Source: Schizochytrium sp. TIO01 (lineage: Eukaryota > Protista > Bigyra: Labyrinthulomycetes). Taken from it: a stretch of DNA of 64,000 bases. Shown piece by piece: positions 10,474-21,712 of the stretch. The stretch's first letter is position 1. Each line of letters starts with the position of its first letter. Made by a program: the position numbers and the translations under genes. The DNA is taken from contig SMSO01000037.1 of the NCBI GenBank assembly GCA_004764695.1, positions 2,456,747 to 2,520,746 on the forward strand, read 5' to 3'. Below the pieces are notes generated by a model. The model did not search any database. It saw only the letters and a list, made by a program, of their open reading frames with translations, and was not told the DNA's origin.

Positions 10474-11870
10474 GGAGAGGTCCTGAATTGTACGTTCTGC
10501 CTTACTATGCCTCGGGTGACTTTAAAATGAAATCCTTTGGACTAAGCCATCTTGCCAACAATCAAAGAGCAGGCGCGCCTCTCATTACTTCAGTACGTGA
10601 CTCCTCCCAATCCTATGAGTCCTCTTAATTTAAAAGGTGAGAACTCTCATTGTCTCGCCTCCGCGCTGTCTTCTGTGCACAACCCCTTTTGATATAAATT
10701 GAGTTGCGCAACTTGGAGGTACGGTGGCGGTGGTATAAGGAAATCTCTAAGACTGGGCTAAGTTAGTTTTAAAGAAAAGTCCAGTCTTCCTTCTTGGGGT
10801 CTTACTCGAGCGCCCCGATTCTTCGTGCGTTTCTCATTCGGGGCACTTTGTCTTCTCCCAGCCTCCTGTTGACGTTGTACAATTAGATGAATACTCTTTC
10901 CAAGCCATCGTTACGATCAAGTAAATATTGCGAGCGATACTTCTTTCCCCTTGTACCAGCAACTTTTCATGTAAAACCATTTTAAAGCAGAAATTGTTTT
11001 CAGAAAGAAACAAACATCTCACATTAGCTTCTTCTTATATAGTCAGATCACACTCAAGAAGAAATTACCTGGTGACTGGCCTCAAATGCCCAAACAGGGC
11101 ACGCTTTTGAGCAGTACAGCTTATCGGTCCACTCGACCCCTTTTCCAAAGCTAAGTTGCGCATTTTATAAAGAATCAACGCTTGAATCATGGAGCCCTCT
11201 TCCAACTGGGTCGAACTTCCTCTCTGTGTATCCATTAAATACACAAACTAAACTATCATTAGATGAGAGACTGTCTACAAAGACTTCACTTTGCACGCTA
11301 TTGTCCACTGTATCCGTCCCTATTCTTGACTTTACCAAGTCAAGTAATCCACATTCTTCCACAATAGAGCTTTCTTCGTTGTGTACGGCAGCCCTCCATA
11401 CTTGTAAAGAAGTACTTAGGAGGGCCACTAGAAGTGCCTAGGATGAGATAAAAGAAAAGAAAAAGGAATGAAAAAGCGAGACTTGACTGCCCACGCGAAC
11501 CTATACGCCCACGCGAACCTTTGCGGCTGGCTAATATTAAACTCTTACACATCGCATGCTCCCCTGAGATTGGACCTGCACAGGATCCAGCGAGAGGATC
11601 AGGGAAGCGTCGAAATGCTCACCGAAGTGATTGAAGAAAACGAAATCGCCAAAGTATATTACAATTATGGACAAGTGCAATTTATCATTATTGTTGTATT
11701 TTATTCTTTTTAAATAAAAATCAATTTGCTACTACCTTTACGTACTAACCAAAATACAAAAACTATTGATGCAGACGAGGCGACTTGATCAATCGTGAAT
11801 CGCGGCGCATTACGTTTCACTACGCCTCGCCGCTGCTCACTTCTGGCCGGCTGAGGTCCTGACGCTGAGG

Positions 11871-14306
11871 ATGTCCTCTTCGGGCGGTGGTGGTGGGTCC
11901 CTGCGGGTTTCAGCTCCTCGCAAGGAGCGCCTTTCAGCCTCGTCCATCGAAAAGCTCCATGAGATTGAGCTTTCCTCGGAGACTATCAAGCTCTCTTTCG
12001 AAGAGGGCCCGTTAGGTCTGCAGATCCTCGATGTTCCTCGCAAAGGAGTTCTTGTCTGGCAACTCAGTGGCCAGGCAACTACTGTAGGGGGTGGCGCTCT
12101 GCGTGTTGGAGCTCGTGTTGAAAAGGTTGCTGGTGTGGGCTGCGTGGACAAGAACATTGAAGACGTCTTTGAGCTCGTGAAATCGAATCCCCGTCCGCTT
12201 GAGATTGAGTTCCGCATGCCTGTTCGTAAACTTGAGAAACAGAGCTCTGCTGTGAACTTTACGAATACCTCGTCTGCTGAGAAGCTCACTGATGTTGAGC
12301 TTTCTGAGGAGACCGTACAGCTGGCGTTTGAGGAAGGTCCCTTGGGCCTGCAGATTTTGGATGTCCCACGCAAAGGAGTTCTTGTTTGGCAGCTTACTGG
12401 CCAGGCAACTACACTTGGAGGCGGCATCTTGCGTGTAGGAGCTCGCGTTGAGAAGGTTGCGGGTGTGGACTGTGTGAACAAGAACATTGAGGATATTTTT
12501 GAGCTTGTCAAGGCGAACCCGCGCCCGCTCGAGATTGAGTTCCGCCTGCCGATGTCTGCTCGTAAAGCTGACACGCAAGTCCCGCCTGTGAGTGCTATGG
12601 ATTCTTTAAATGTGAATGCAGATGTGAAATCACCTGTTTCTGCTGCATCACCAACGAGCGCAACGCCTCTGAATGGAAAACTGCCTCCAGGACAAACTCA
12701 AGTAAGACTAGAGCCGGTTGATCGCCAGGTTTCCTCGAGGCTTCGCAACTTTGCGGAGGACTCACAACAAGGTCAATCGGCAGCAGAAACATCCTCTGGA
12801 AAGAAGTCTTCGTTTAGTTCATTGAGGTCCTCTGCTGCAGGTCGCAAAAAGGAGGATACTGTGCGTGTGGTATTTCAGAATGGACCTCTTGGTCTTCAAA
12901 TTTCAGATGTTGGCAAGCGTGTCCTTGTGACTTCTTTTGAGAGAAACTCAGATGGTAGTATGGGCCAAGCGGAAAAGTCAGGACTTGTTCACTTTGGATA
13001 TCAAGTCGTCAAAGTTGGCCAGAGCGATTGTGAAGGTATGAGTATGCACCAAATCGGCATGCTAGTGCAAAAGCAGAAACGGCCCGTCGCCATCACTTTT
13101 CGTAAGCTTTACGAACGCCGTGATACCTCGGAGGATCCCGCCCGTGCTCGGCGACGCCAGTCGAGGATTATTAAAGCTTCGGCGCTTGCTTCGAAGGACG
13201 GCGCCCCTGTTGAGCGAAGCGAAAGCAGCGGTAGTAACAACAACAATATTGAGAATGGCGAAGACACTGCGCGAGGCACAAAGATGATCCCTGCAACAAC
13301 CTCAGGAAGCTCTACGGATGCCACATCGGTGTCAGAACCCGCTGCGGCGGCTTTGGCGGCTGCGAATGGTGGATCTGACCACCAAAGCGATGCAGAACAG
13401 CGGGAACCAGAAGTAGAGGCCAACACTGATGAGTCTGAAGACTTAGGTCACGCGGAAACGGATGACCCTGCAAAGGTCATGACTACGTGCCAGTGTGGCA
13501 ATGAAAATCTTGAGGAAAACGCCATGTCTAACACTGACCCGATGTACTTTCATTTTGTGATGTTGTGCAAGTCTTCCCAGATTCAGATTCTTTTGGACTA
13601 TGAAGCAACTCTGTCGGAATCAACGGACCCAAGTAAACACCCAGCATTTGAGCTCAGCTCCCTGCACCTGCCCACCTTGTACAAGCGTGTCAACGATGAA
13701 GGAGTTCAGTTCCCCAATTGGCCGGCGTGGATCCGCATTCAGTACTTGGATGCCTACATTAATCAAACGCGAGCTGAGCGCGCGGAAAGCGACCTTGACG
13801 CTAATCAGCCTTTATCCCCTGAACAGGCTGCAGCAGTTGCAGAGGAAGTGGTAGCTGATAAGCGCAATGTTTCAATGAACAAAAATGTAGGAAGCAGTCG
13901 CCAGCTTAATGGTTCATCAGCGGAGAAGCCACGCGAGCATGATGAGGAGCTTGTTCCTCCTGGCAAGCTCTGTGCATATTGCAAGGCTAAGCGTGCACTT
14001 CGTCAACATGCTGACAAGCTCAAGGATGACATGTACATTCATTTTGCACTCTTATTCAAAACAGTGAAAATCCAAGCTGCGAATTCGTCTAGGAACCAGG
14101 AGGGTTACTTGGAGTACCTCTCAAGCGTTGATGTGGAGGATCTGTACAAGTGGTGTCAAAAGGATGGTATTTCCATGCATGAGTGGATGCATTGGATTAA
14201 AAAGCAGTGCGCTATTTCTTACGAAGAATATCTCTACAAAATTGCGTTATCTGGAGATGTGGAAATTGACTTGCGTGATATGATCAAGGAGAGCGTCCCA
14301 GCATGA
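11871..14306 (+). CDS. Triple PDZ-domain protein with a duplicated uncharacterised C-terminal domain
   Basis: 811-aa ORF with three F..GPLGLQI...RP+.I.FR PDZ-like units (two near-identical, 330-nt period), a disordered linker, and two copies of MY.HF..L.K...IQ...LYK.....G.....W..WI..Q. Confidence 0.85.
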   Translation: MSSSGGGGGSLRVSAPRKERLSASSIEKLHEIELSSETIKLSFEEGPLGLQILDVPRKGVLVWQLSGQATTVGGGALRVGARVEKVAGVGCVDKNIEDVFELVKSNPRPLEIEFRMPVRKLEKQSSAVNFTNTSSAEKLTDVELSEETVQLAFEEGPLGLQILDVPRKGVLVWQLTGQATTLGGGILRVGARVEKVAGVDCVNKNIEDIFELVKANPRPLEIEFRLPMSARKADTQVPPVSAMDSLNVNADVKSPVSAASPTSATPLNGKLPPGQTQVRLEPVDRQVSSRLRNFAEDSQQGQSAAETSSGKKSSFSSLRSSAAGRKKEDTVRVVFQNGPLGLQISDVGKRVLVTSFERNSDGSMGQAEKSGLVHFGYQVVKVGQSDCEGMSMHQIGMLVQKQKRPVAITFRKLYERRDTSEDPARARRRQSRIIKASALASKDGAPVERSESSGSNNNNIENGEDTARGTKMIPATTSGSSTDATSVSEPAAAALAAANGGSDHQSDAEQREPEVEANTDESEDLGHAETDDPAKVMTTCQCGNENLEENAMSNTDPMYFHFVMLCKSSQIQILLDYEATLSESTDPSKHPAFELSSLHLPTLYKRVNDEGVQFPNWPAWIRIQYLDAYINQTRAERAESDLDANQPLSPEQAAAVAEEVVADKRNVSMNKNVGSSRQLNGSSAEKPREHDEELVPPGKLCAYCKAKRALRQHADKLKDDMYIHFALLFKTVKIQAANSSRNQEGYLEYLSSVDVEDLYKWCQKDGISMHEWMHWIKKQCAISYEEYLYKIALSGDVEIDLRDMIKESVPA
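11938..12550 (+). repeat. Intragenic tandem duplication of a PDZ unit (period 330 nt / 110 aa)
   Basis: The EEGPLGLQILDVPRKGVLVWQL codons start at 12000 and 12330. The protein copies are nearly identical, with many synonymous differences. Confidence 0.9.
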
Positions 14307-16575
14307 ATAAAGTTGCTTTGCGGAAAACCTCTACTTACTTGCTGCTATCTTTCTTTATTCTCCGTGTATCTGTGCATTTGTCGATCTATTACGAAACTTA
14401 TCGTTCTGCACTAGAACAGATGTCCAGCGGCTCTCTGATTTATATGCAGCAGGCATTAATTTGTTTCTAGTCCGATCAGACCTTTCGATATCCAATTGTC
14501 GACAGTTTTGTGTTGTTTTTTTGCTTTCATTCTCTGACTTATCTGTTACCTTTCTCTGCAGGCACGCTTACTGCCCTGCGTTTTTCATATTCCTTCGGTC
14601 TATATTCTTCGTTTTACATATTAGGACTTTTCATGTTGATTGTTCCACACCCAGTTTTCTCTGTGCACTATCTCTATTGATTGAATAAGAAGACACCGGT
14701 GGTCCATTCTACAATTGAGCTTTTCTATAATAGAAATATTACCTCCGCCTCACGGATACTCGAAAATGCAACAACCTGGCTGCTAGAGGGCAATACCATG
14801 AATTCTTTAGACGAATAATCTTATTTTGAGTATGATAAAACACATTGAAGGATTAAGCAACAGTATTAGTAAACCCAGTAGAGCCTAAACGCAAAACTCT
14901 CGGATCAAGAACAAAGCCTTGAAGACCCAGGCCCAATCTCAGTACGACCATGCAGATGAAAAACAAGTAGACAGCTTGACAAAAGACGCTGATGTCGCTA
15001 TTTTGGACGAGATTCAGAAACTGGCCGAGGTGCACAGGGAAATTGTTCAAGTAATGAAGAGAACCCTTAGCCCAGTTTGGCTCAAACACACTTACCTCCA
15101 GTGATATAGAACCCTCACGCGATGGTGCAGGGTATAGTCCAGTAAAAGGCCCTTCTTGCAACACTTGGATCCAGAAAGGTGGGCACAATATTTGCTGAGG
15201 CTGTGGGCAGCTATACTTGTGAGGATCAACAGAAGCTTTTAAATTAGGATTCTACCGAGTGGTACTACGAGTGAGTATTTTTTGTCTCTTCGAAACTTTG
15301 AAGGGAAGCGGGGTCGTTTGTTGAAATTTAACAAAGAAGTCAATTCCATTTATTATTATTTTTTTCGTTTTTACTGTTTGCTCATTGCAAATGTCAAAAG
15401 AAAGAGAGCTTTGAAGGAAAGATTAAAAAACCTAAGCATATTTACTCCAGAGTAAACCTAACGAAATACAGAAGAGCAGCATTGTATACAATAGAAGTGA
15501 TAATTCGACCACGTTATTCCTCAGCATCGCACTGATTGTGCGAGCTATGCAGAATAGTTATGATTAGGTTAGAATGAGTCATTTATATTGGTTCAGCTTT
15601 CATTCTCAGGTAACGTCGTCTCTGTGTATGTGTGTTGCTATAACCTCCTGTCTCGTTAGTAGTGGTGTTCTACGTTTCACATCGACACGTAACTTTTTCT
15701 TTGACGTTTGCGACCATTTGCACTTCAGAAAAGTTCCAGTTGAAATAAAGTTGCTAGATAAACCACAAAAGGACAGGAGCAGGTTAACGACATTTGTTAG
15801 ACGTAAACAATGAAGGGGTAGAAAAAGAACAGCTTGGATTTTTTTTTTTAAAGTTTGTTTTCAAAATTAGAAATGTAATGCGTTGAGTGAAAGAGCTAAA
15901 TCGACATGATAAAAGAGCGTGTTTCTCTGTATATTCTTTCATAGGCGTAAGGCAAGATGGTGAAATCGAGCAACATGGGGTAAAGCCCAAGACGAGTTTG
16001 CAGCGAGAATTGAAAAGGATAATGAGCCATTCAACGTTTTCATAGCCAGTCAATCGTGTTTCGTTGTTCGCCAATATCTCGCTATAATGATATCTAATGA
16101 TATGAGCAGCAAACATCTGAGGAATGACTACACTGATTTGTATTCCAAAGAGAATTTTCGACTGGAAGTACTGTGCCTTTGGACTTATTTCGTACAAAGG
16201 ATACTATAACGCACACACATTCTGATATATGCAATCACAAAGAGCACTTCTTTGCAGCTGCGGTGAGCTTGGACATTGCTCTTTGCCTCGATGTGAGAGA
16301 GACAGATGTCTTCCAGGCAAAAGCGTACAATAGCCTTCCCACGTAAGTCAAAGGAGTGCCCTGATCAGAAAGTATCGAAAACAAGTACAATGACAGCATT
16401 GCCAGGACAGTTGGAGGTATGAGGTATCTGTGAAAGAAATCCGCTGAATGAAGAAAGGCCGTGAGGACAGTACTCAAATAGAGAGAAGGTAACAGCAGGA
16501 CTGTTGTTGATGTTGCGTATGTGTTGTATGTGTATATGTATGTATGGGTAAGGGTTTTTTATACGGCAGCTACAC

Positions 16576-17283
16576 TTAAAAGCGCTCGTTCATGCGGCTG
16601 GCAACATTACGCATAGAGTTGTAGACCTTACCGGGAGGGGCACCGAGGATGAGCTTGCAGATAGCGTCACGTGCAATCTTAATGTTTTGGAAAGAACCGA
16701 GGATGTGAATGCGCTGGTCGGCAACCACGATACGGGTGCGGGTTGCGTTTTCAATTGCGTACTTGGTCTTACCGCTCTGACCTGCGATACGACCAATGGC
16801 ACGGGAGAGATGGTCTCCGTGGAGCGTCTTGACGTCCTTGACCTCGAATGAGTCTACGAAGAGGTCCTCGAGACGGAGCAGAGCCACGGCATCTTGAACG
16901 TCAAATCCCATGGCAAACGCCTGAACAAAGTCAGCTCCACGAGCGAGCGCGCCAGGGTCTTGAGTTTCACTCGAGGTCTTCATTTCAACGCTGCGAGTCT
17001 TAGGGTTGAATCTCACGTGGAGTTTCATGTGCTCTACGAGCGGCGTGAGGATGTTTTCCCACTGCTTCTGCAGCGGGGAGTACCTGTGCGGAGGGATACG
17101 CACACGTCTGTACTGGGTCTTTCCGCCAGCCATTTGCTCAGCGGAGAGCGGCGCAAACTTAACGCGGCTCAGAACTTGCTGGCCGTCATCATCGCCATCA
17201 TCCATGGCCATGCCACCGTTCTGCTCAGCCTGAGCAGCGGCCGCAGCGGCCTCCATGATAATTTGTTCCGTGTCGATCTCCAT
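16576..17283 (-). CDS. PNO1: RNA-binding protein PNO1/Dim2 (KH-domain 40S assembly factor)
   Basis: Motifs RRVRIPPHRYSPL, GF+V.DA+ALLRL+DL++DSFEVKDVKTL.GDHLSRAIGRIAG, GKTK+AIENATRTRIV+AD and LILG.PPGKVY. The likely start is the ATG at 17283; the upstream ORF extension begins at a non-ATG codon. Confidence 0.97.
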   Translation of the reverse strand: MEIDTEQIIMEAAAAAAQAEQNGGMAMDDGDDDGQQVLSRVKFAPLSAEQMAGGKTQYRRVRIPPHRYSPLQKQWENILTPLVEHMKLHVRFNPKTRSVEMKTSSETQDPGALARGADFVQAFAMGFDVQDAVALLRLEDLFVDSFEVKDVKTLHGDHLSRAIGRIAGQSGKTKYAIENATRTRIVVADQRIHILGSFQNIKIARDAICKLILGAPPGKVYNSMRNVASRMNERF

Positions 17284-18737
17284 GATTGTCTGAACCTCAG
17301 CACCTCTTGTCGATCCCTGATCCGATGTGAGCGCGATCTCTCTTCGGAGTCTAAAACGCACTCTTCGGAATTGCTTTTCCTCCTTTCCTTTCCTTCTCTC
17401 AGGTCTCCACCACCCACTCCAACACAGTTCCCTGCATTCCCTCTGCTTATGCCTATCATCTCTAACTCTCAATTTGTCCAGTGGAACCAGTCATAATAAT
17501 GAGTCTAATCAATACTAGCTAAAAGTACTAATCTCGGTTTGCGAGTACTGGTACTATGTGGTTCGTAGAGTCACATTCCAACAACATCGGAGAAAGCCTT
17601 TCTAGTTGACTCAAGAGCCTTCAGATGACCGAGACGATCGTCATGAATATTTGACCGTGGCTTGTTCAACAAACATCTTTGCTATCTGCTAGCTGTTTGT
17701 TATTTTGGTTTGGGTTCCTCTGTGGATATGAATTCATGGAGAATGTTGAGGAAGCAAACAATTTGCATTCTGGACAAGAACTAGTCCTGCTAAATTAAGT
17801 GTATAGCATCAGAAAGGAAAAACAATAGCTCTGAGGAGGGATTGATATACTTTGCAATTTCCTCAATGTTATAATTTTATGACGACATTATGTTAAAAGA
17901 AGCAACGAAACGAAAGACAAACATTGCAACTTGTTCAAAAAAGAGTCTCGGTTTTCGGTCTCATGAATGGTTTTGTTATTTAATACCTAGTGTTCTGAAC
18001 AAAATCAATCGTAAAGTGTAATTGTATTTAAAGTCTAACACTTGAGCTACTGGAAAAATTTCTTATATCGGCGTCATATTTATTATAATAATATACAATC
18101 ATGAATATAAATTATTTCTTCAAATGCATTTGTCATTGTCGTGTTGACCCATGCTACTTGGAGCGGCGACATGCATTTAAAAATCAATTTAATTCCTACA
18201 AATACTGGCGTTTTCTTTTTTTGCGAATTTCATTTTGATTGTTATGAATGCAGTTGGGAAATGAAATAATAAGAGACCTCCTTCATTTGACCTTCAAATC
18301 TCTCAAAACAACATTTGACTAAACGTTGAGTTAAATCCTACTATTCGATCTGGTTAAGTCAGCATTGCAAGTGCATAAGAATATTGCTTCTTTTATTCGC
18401 TCCCTGGGTTGCATCTGTTTACCCAGTTAAAGGAATATACCATGCATGGCCCTGTGTACTAGTGCACTTCACGTAGTAAGCCTACTAGTTAGGATAAAAG
18501 AATCATTTTCCTGGAGTTGATACTCTATGTATGAATAGTGACCTTAGGTGATTGCTTTGAGTGGCTGAGTGAGACAAAGTATCGCAGATTCATGATTGCT
18601 GGTCTGGGATCTGTACAGCGCAAACCAGTTTAGCAAAAGCCGCAAACACCATCTTGCCTTGGCCGAACTTGAGTCTAGTTTTGAGGTACTGGTTCGTGTG
18701 TTTGTTTGTCGAGTATTTTGTCTAGGCTTTTGGCAGG

Positions 18738-20156
18738 ATGGACGCTTCGGTGGCAGCGCTGGAGGAGTTCCTCCGTGCGAGGGGTACGACTTGGAGTGAG
18801 GACAAGATCGCCATGAGCCAAGAAGGTGTTGTGCACGGTTTTGGAGTGGTTGCTACCAAGGACATTAAAAAGGGCGAAGAACTGTTTCGTATTACCAAGG
18901 CTTCTGCATTCGGAGTTGACCTTGAGCCCTTGAATGCTGACTCTGGCAAGGGTGCAAATGAAAAAAGTGAAGAAAGGGCTGCCGAAGGAAAGAAGGGTAG
19001 CAGCGATGAAGATGACGATAGTGGAGAAGAAGACAGCGAAGATGATGATGACGAAGATGATGACAATGTGGAGAACCGTGACTCCCAGGCCACTTTCGCT
19101 GTACACCTTTTGGATGAACGCGCTAAGGGCAGCAAGGTCTCCGAGTGGGCGCCTCTTTGGCAAACATTGCCCGACCCGGCAACATATGACGATCTCCCTT
19201 GGCTCTGGGACCCCTCAGAGACGGTAGGGACCGAGCTTGAAGGTCCTGTGGCCAAGAAGCGCGAGCGTCTTCATGAGGAATACAAGGCCCTCGGTCGATC
19301 GGACTTTACAGAAGATCAATTTGCGCGTGCATGTGGAGTGATTATCTCACATTTGAACCCGTTTTTTGGCGGCGCTGTGGTTCCTTTCGTATACATGCTC
19401 AACTGTAGCAAGACTTATGAAGCAAATGTAGCTTTTGAAGAACAAGAAGGCGCAACTGAGAACGACACTGTTGTTGTAGGTCGCGCTCTCAAAGCAATTA
19501 AGGCTGGCGAGGAGCTTATGCAATCCTACGGCAACGACATTTCTTCAGCAGAGCTTTTGTACAGATGTGGCTTTGTTTTACCAGAAGCGGAGCTTCGCAA
19601 TGTTGTTGACCTGAACTTTGACCGAATTCCAGTCAAGGAGGAGTCTGCAAAGGATGAAATTCTGGAGTTCCTCGAGCAAGCAGGAATTTTGGCATCATGC
19701 TCATGGGACGGACTAGGCGATCTGAAGACGATCGAGATGCATACAGATGATACTGGAAGATGGGGTCGCACAGAGGTCCGCATCGCTTGTGCTGTGGCCG
19801 AGCTCGACAAAGAAACCTTGAAGAAAGTCATTGCCTTTTCCACTGATGAGGGGGAACACAAATCATTTAGTAAAAAGCTGCGATTTGACCGCATGGATCG
19901 CACTGCCATTCTCCTCAGCGCTGCTTTGGATGCGCTTTGTAAGGAGTCTTGGCCACCTTCCACAGTTGATTTCCACAAGAATCTTGTATCGAAAGCCCGG
20001 AAGTCTCAGTTGACCAAGAAGGAGACTGAATCAGATAGCGAAGATAAGAGCGAGAAAGACGATGCTGAGGAACTGCTTTGGGAGGTTCTTCGCCCCGTGT
20101 TATCAAAGAGTGCTATTGATACTGCCTTGAAGGTGTTTGGACGACCGAGAAGCTGA
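18738..20156 (+). CDS. SET-domain protein-lysine N-methyltransferase, SETD6/Rkm4-like; 3' end probably frameshifted (true stop at 20250 or beyond)
   Basis: Motifs GFGVVATKDIKKGEELF.I, S.WAP....LP, P.LW, +VP+..MLN and A.K.I..GEE+..SYG....AELL...GF. Confidence 0.85.
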   Translation: MDASVAALEEFLRARGTTWSEDKIAMSQEGVVHGFGVVATKDIKKGEELFRITKASAFGVDLEPLNADSGKGANEKSEERAAEGKKGSSDEDDDSGEEDSEDDDDEDDDNVENRDSQATFAVHLLDERAKGSKVSEWAPLWQTLPDPATYDDLPWLWDPSETVGTELEGPVAKKRERLHEEYKALGRSDFTEDQFARACGVIISHLNPFFGGAVVPFVYMLNCSKTYEANVAFEEQEGATENDTVVVGRALKAIKAGEELMQSYGNDISSAELLYRCGFVLPEAELRNVVDLNFDRIPVKEESAKDEILEFLEQAGILASCSWDGLGDLKTIEMHTDDTGRWGRTEVRIACAVAELDKETLKKVIAFSTDEGEHKSFSKKLRFDRMDRTAILLSAALDALCKESWPPSTVDFHKNLVSKARKSQLTKKETESDSEDKSEKDDAEELLWEVLRPVLSKSAIDTALKVFGRPRS

Positions 20157-21712
20157 GCAAAAGCTTAATAAATCAGAGCGACCGGAGATCAAACACCTTC
20201 TCCACGTTGAAAATGCGGTTTTGCCAACAGAACGCCACCACCACCACTAAAATAGGTTCGGCTTGGTCCGGTTGATGAAAGAGAACTTGTGTAAGAAAGG
20301 AAACAGAATCAGAAGGGATCGCTACCTTTTCATTTTAACATACAACGATGGCTTCATTAGATTGGTCCTGTGGTATTCCTTGTGCAGTAAAAGTAGTACA
20401 ACCCACACAAACAAACAGCAGTAGACCACAGTCTGGTACAACGCTGTTTGATGTGACGAGACATAGTTTAAAATCATGGATAACATTAAAGAAATCGAGT
20501 TTCAATTATAGGTGACAAGTTTTTTTTTCTTTCAATAATTATCATCATTGCCATTATTCGTAATCGAAAGGTTGCTTCGAGCTTTGCAGAATACTCTAAA
20601 AACAATAGGTGTTGTTAGTGACTAAGTCTTGGAGTCTTTAATCCTAGTTTCTCCTTCTTTCCCTTTTTATTATTAAAATAAAAGCAATAACAATCATAAA
20701 CTTGTAAAGACACTTATAGTCTGTCTATGTTTATATATGTGTAAACTAAAAATCGTCCCCCAAAATACTAGAGAATAAGGAGAAGGCTAGGACCCTTCTT
20801 ACTCATCTTTAGTACTTCGACTTTTTTTAAAACTTTTTTTTTAAAGTTCACTCACAGAAAAGGAAAGGATAGTACAGAGAAAATTTGTTTTGGGTTTATC
20901 ATTATTATACTGGAGGGGGGGGGGGGAGAACTATTTGATCAAAGCAAGAAGCGACATAAGATCGGGAGAACTTATTCTCCCAAATCATATTCGTTGCTGT
21001 GCATATGTACCTGATTGGGTAAAGCTTGGCTGACCCACTGGTATCTCTACTCGTTTGCGTGCTCCAAAACGAAATCCTGCGTGTTTAAAAACAGTCGCTC
21101 GTCTTCACACTCGTGTGCAACGACCTTCAAGTTCGTTTCATCATGGAGAAATCCTTGACTTTTATGGGATGGTTCGAGTTCTTCATTGGGGAAAATATAG
21201 AAGAACCACCAAAAGCAGAAGGGCAAAGAAAAAGAAAGCAAAGCAAACAAACAGTGTTCAGAATCATTTCTTGTGTGGAATTCAACATGAGCTCGACAAT
21301 GAGAGGGTATTGCTGGGATTTGAGAGGGGAGGGAGAGTATTTGTACACTTCTTCAGTCAGATTCAATCAGAGCGAGGAGCAGAGTGTTCAATGGTGGGGG
21401 CCATGGTGGTGTTCAAAGGAGGCAAAGGGCAGGAAGGAGCACGCTTGCAACGCAGAGGATCTTGCTTCGGTTAGCGGCAAAACCAGATGCGTTGAGTGAA
21501 TGATCCTATAGGCACCTTCGCACAGGCAGTGTGAGCGTTTTTGTGGCTATGGTGGGACGACTACATGTGTCCCGAAAGTAGCGTCTAGTATAGGTGGTGT
21601 TGTGATGTGTTTTTGTGTAGGGTTGTATGAGTGATGGGCGTTGTGAATTGATTATGGGACGCATCTCCCCAAGTTTTTTTTTTTTGTTGTATCTTGAGAT
21701 GTGGCCATCTTT

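Noticed and set aside
17510-17560. GTACTA/TAGTAC words near several gene starts (also about 1840, 11742, 18457, 22858, 47130)
   Set aside because: A 6-mer is expected roughly 30 times by chance on both strands of 64 kb; enrichment cannot be shown by eye.
20915-20926. G12 homopolymer as a G-quadruplex or regulatory element
   Set aside because: An isolated run in a convergent intergenic region with no supporting context.
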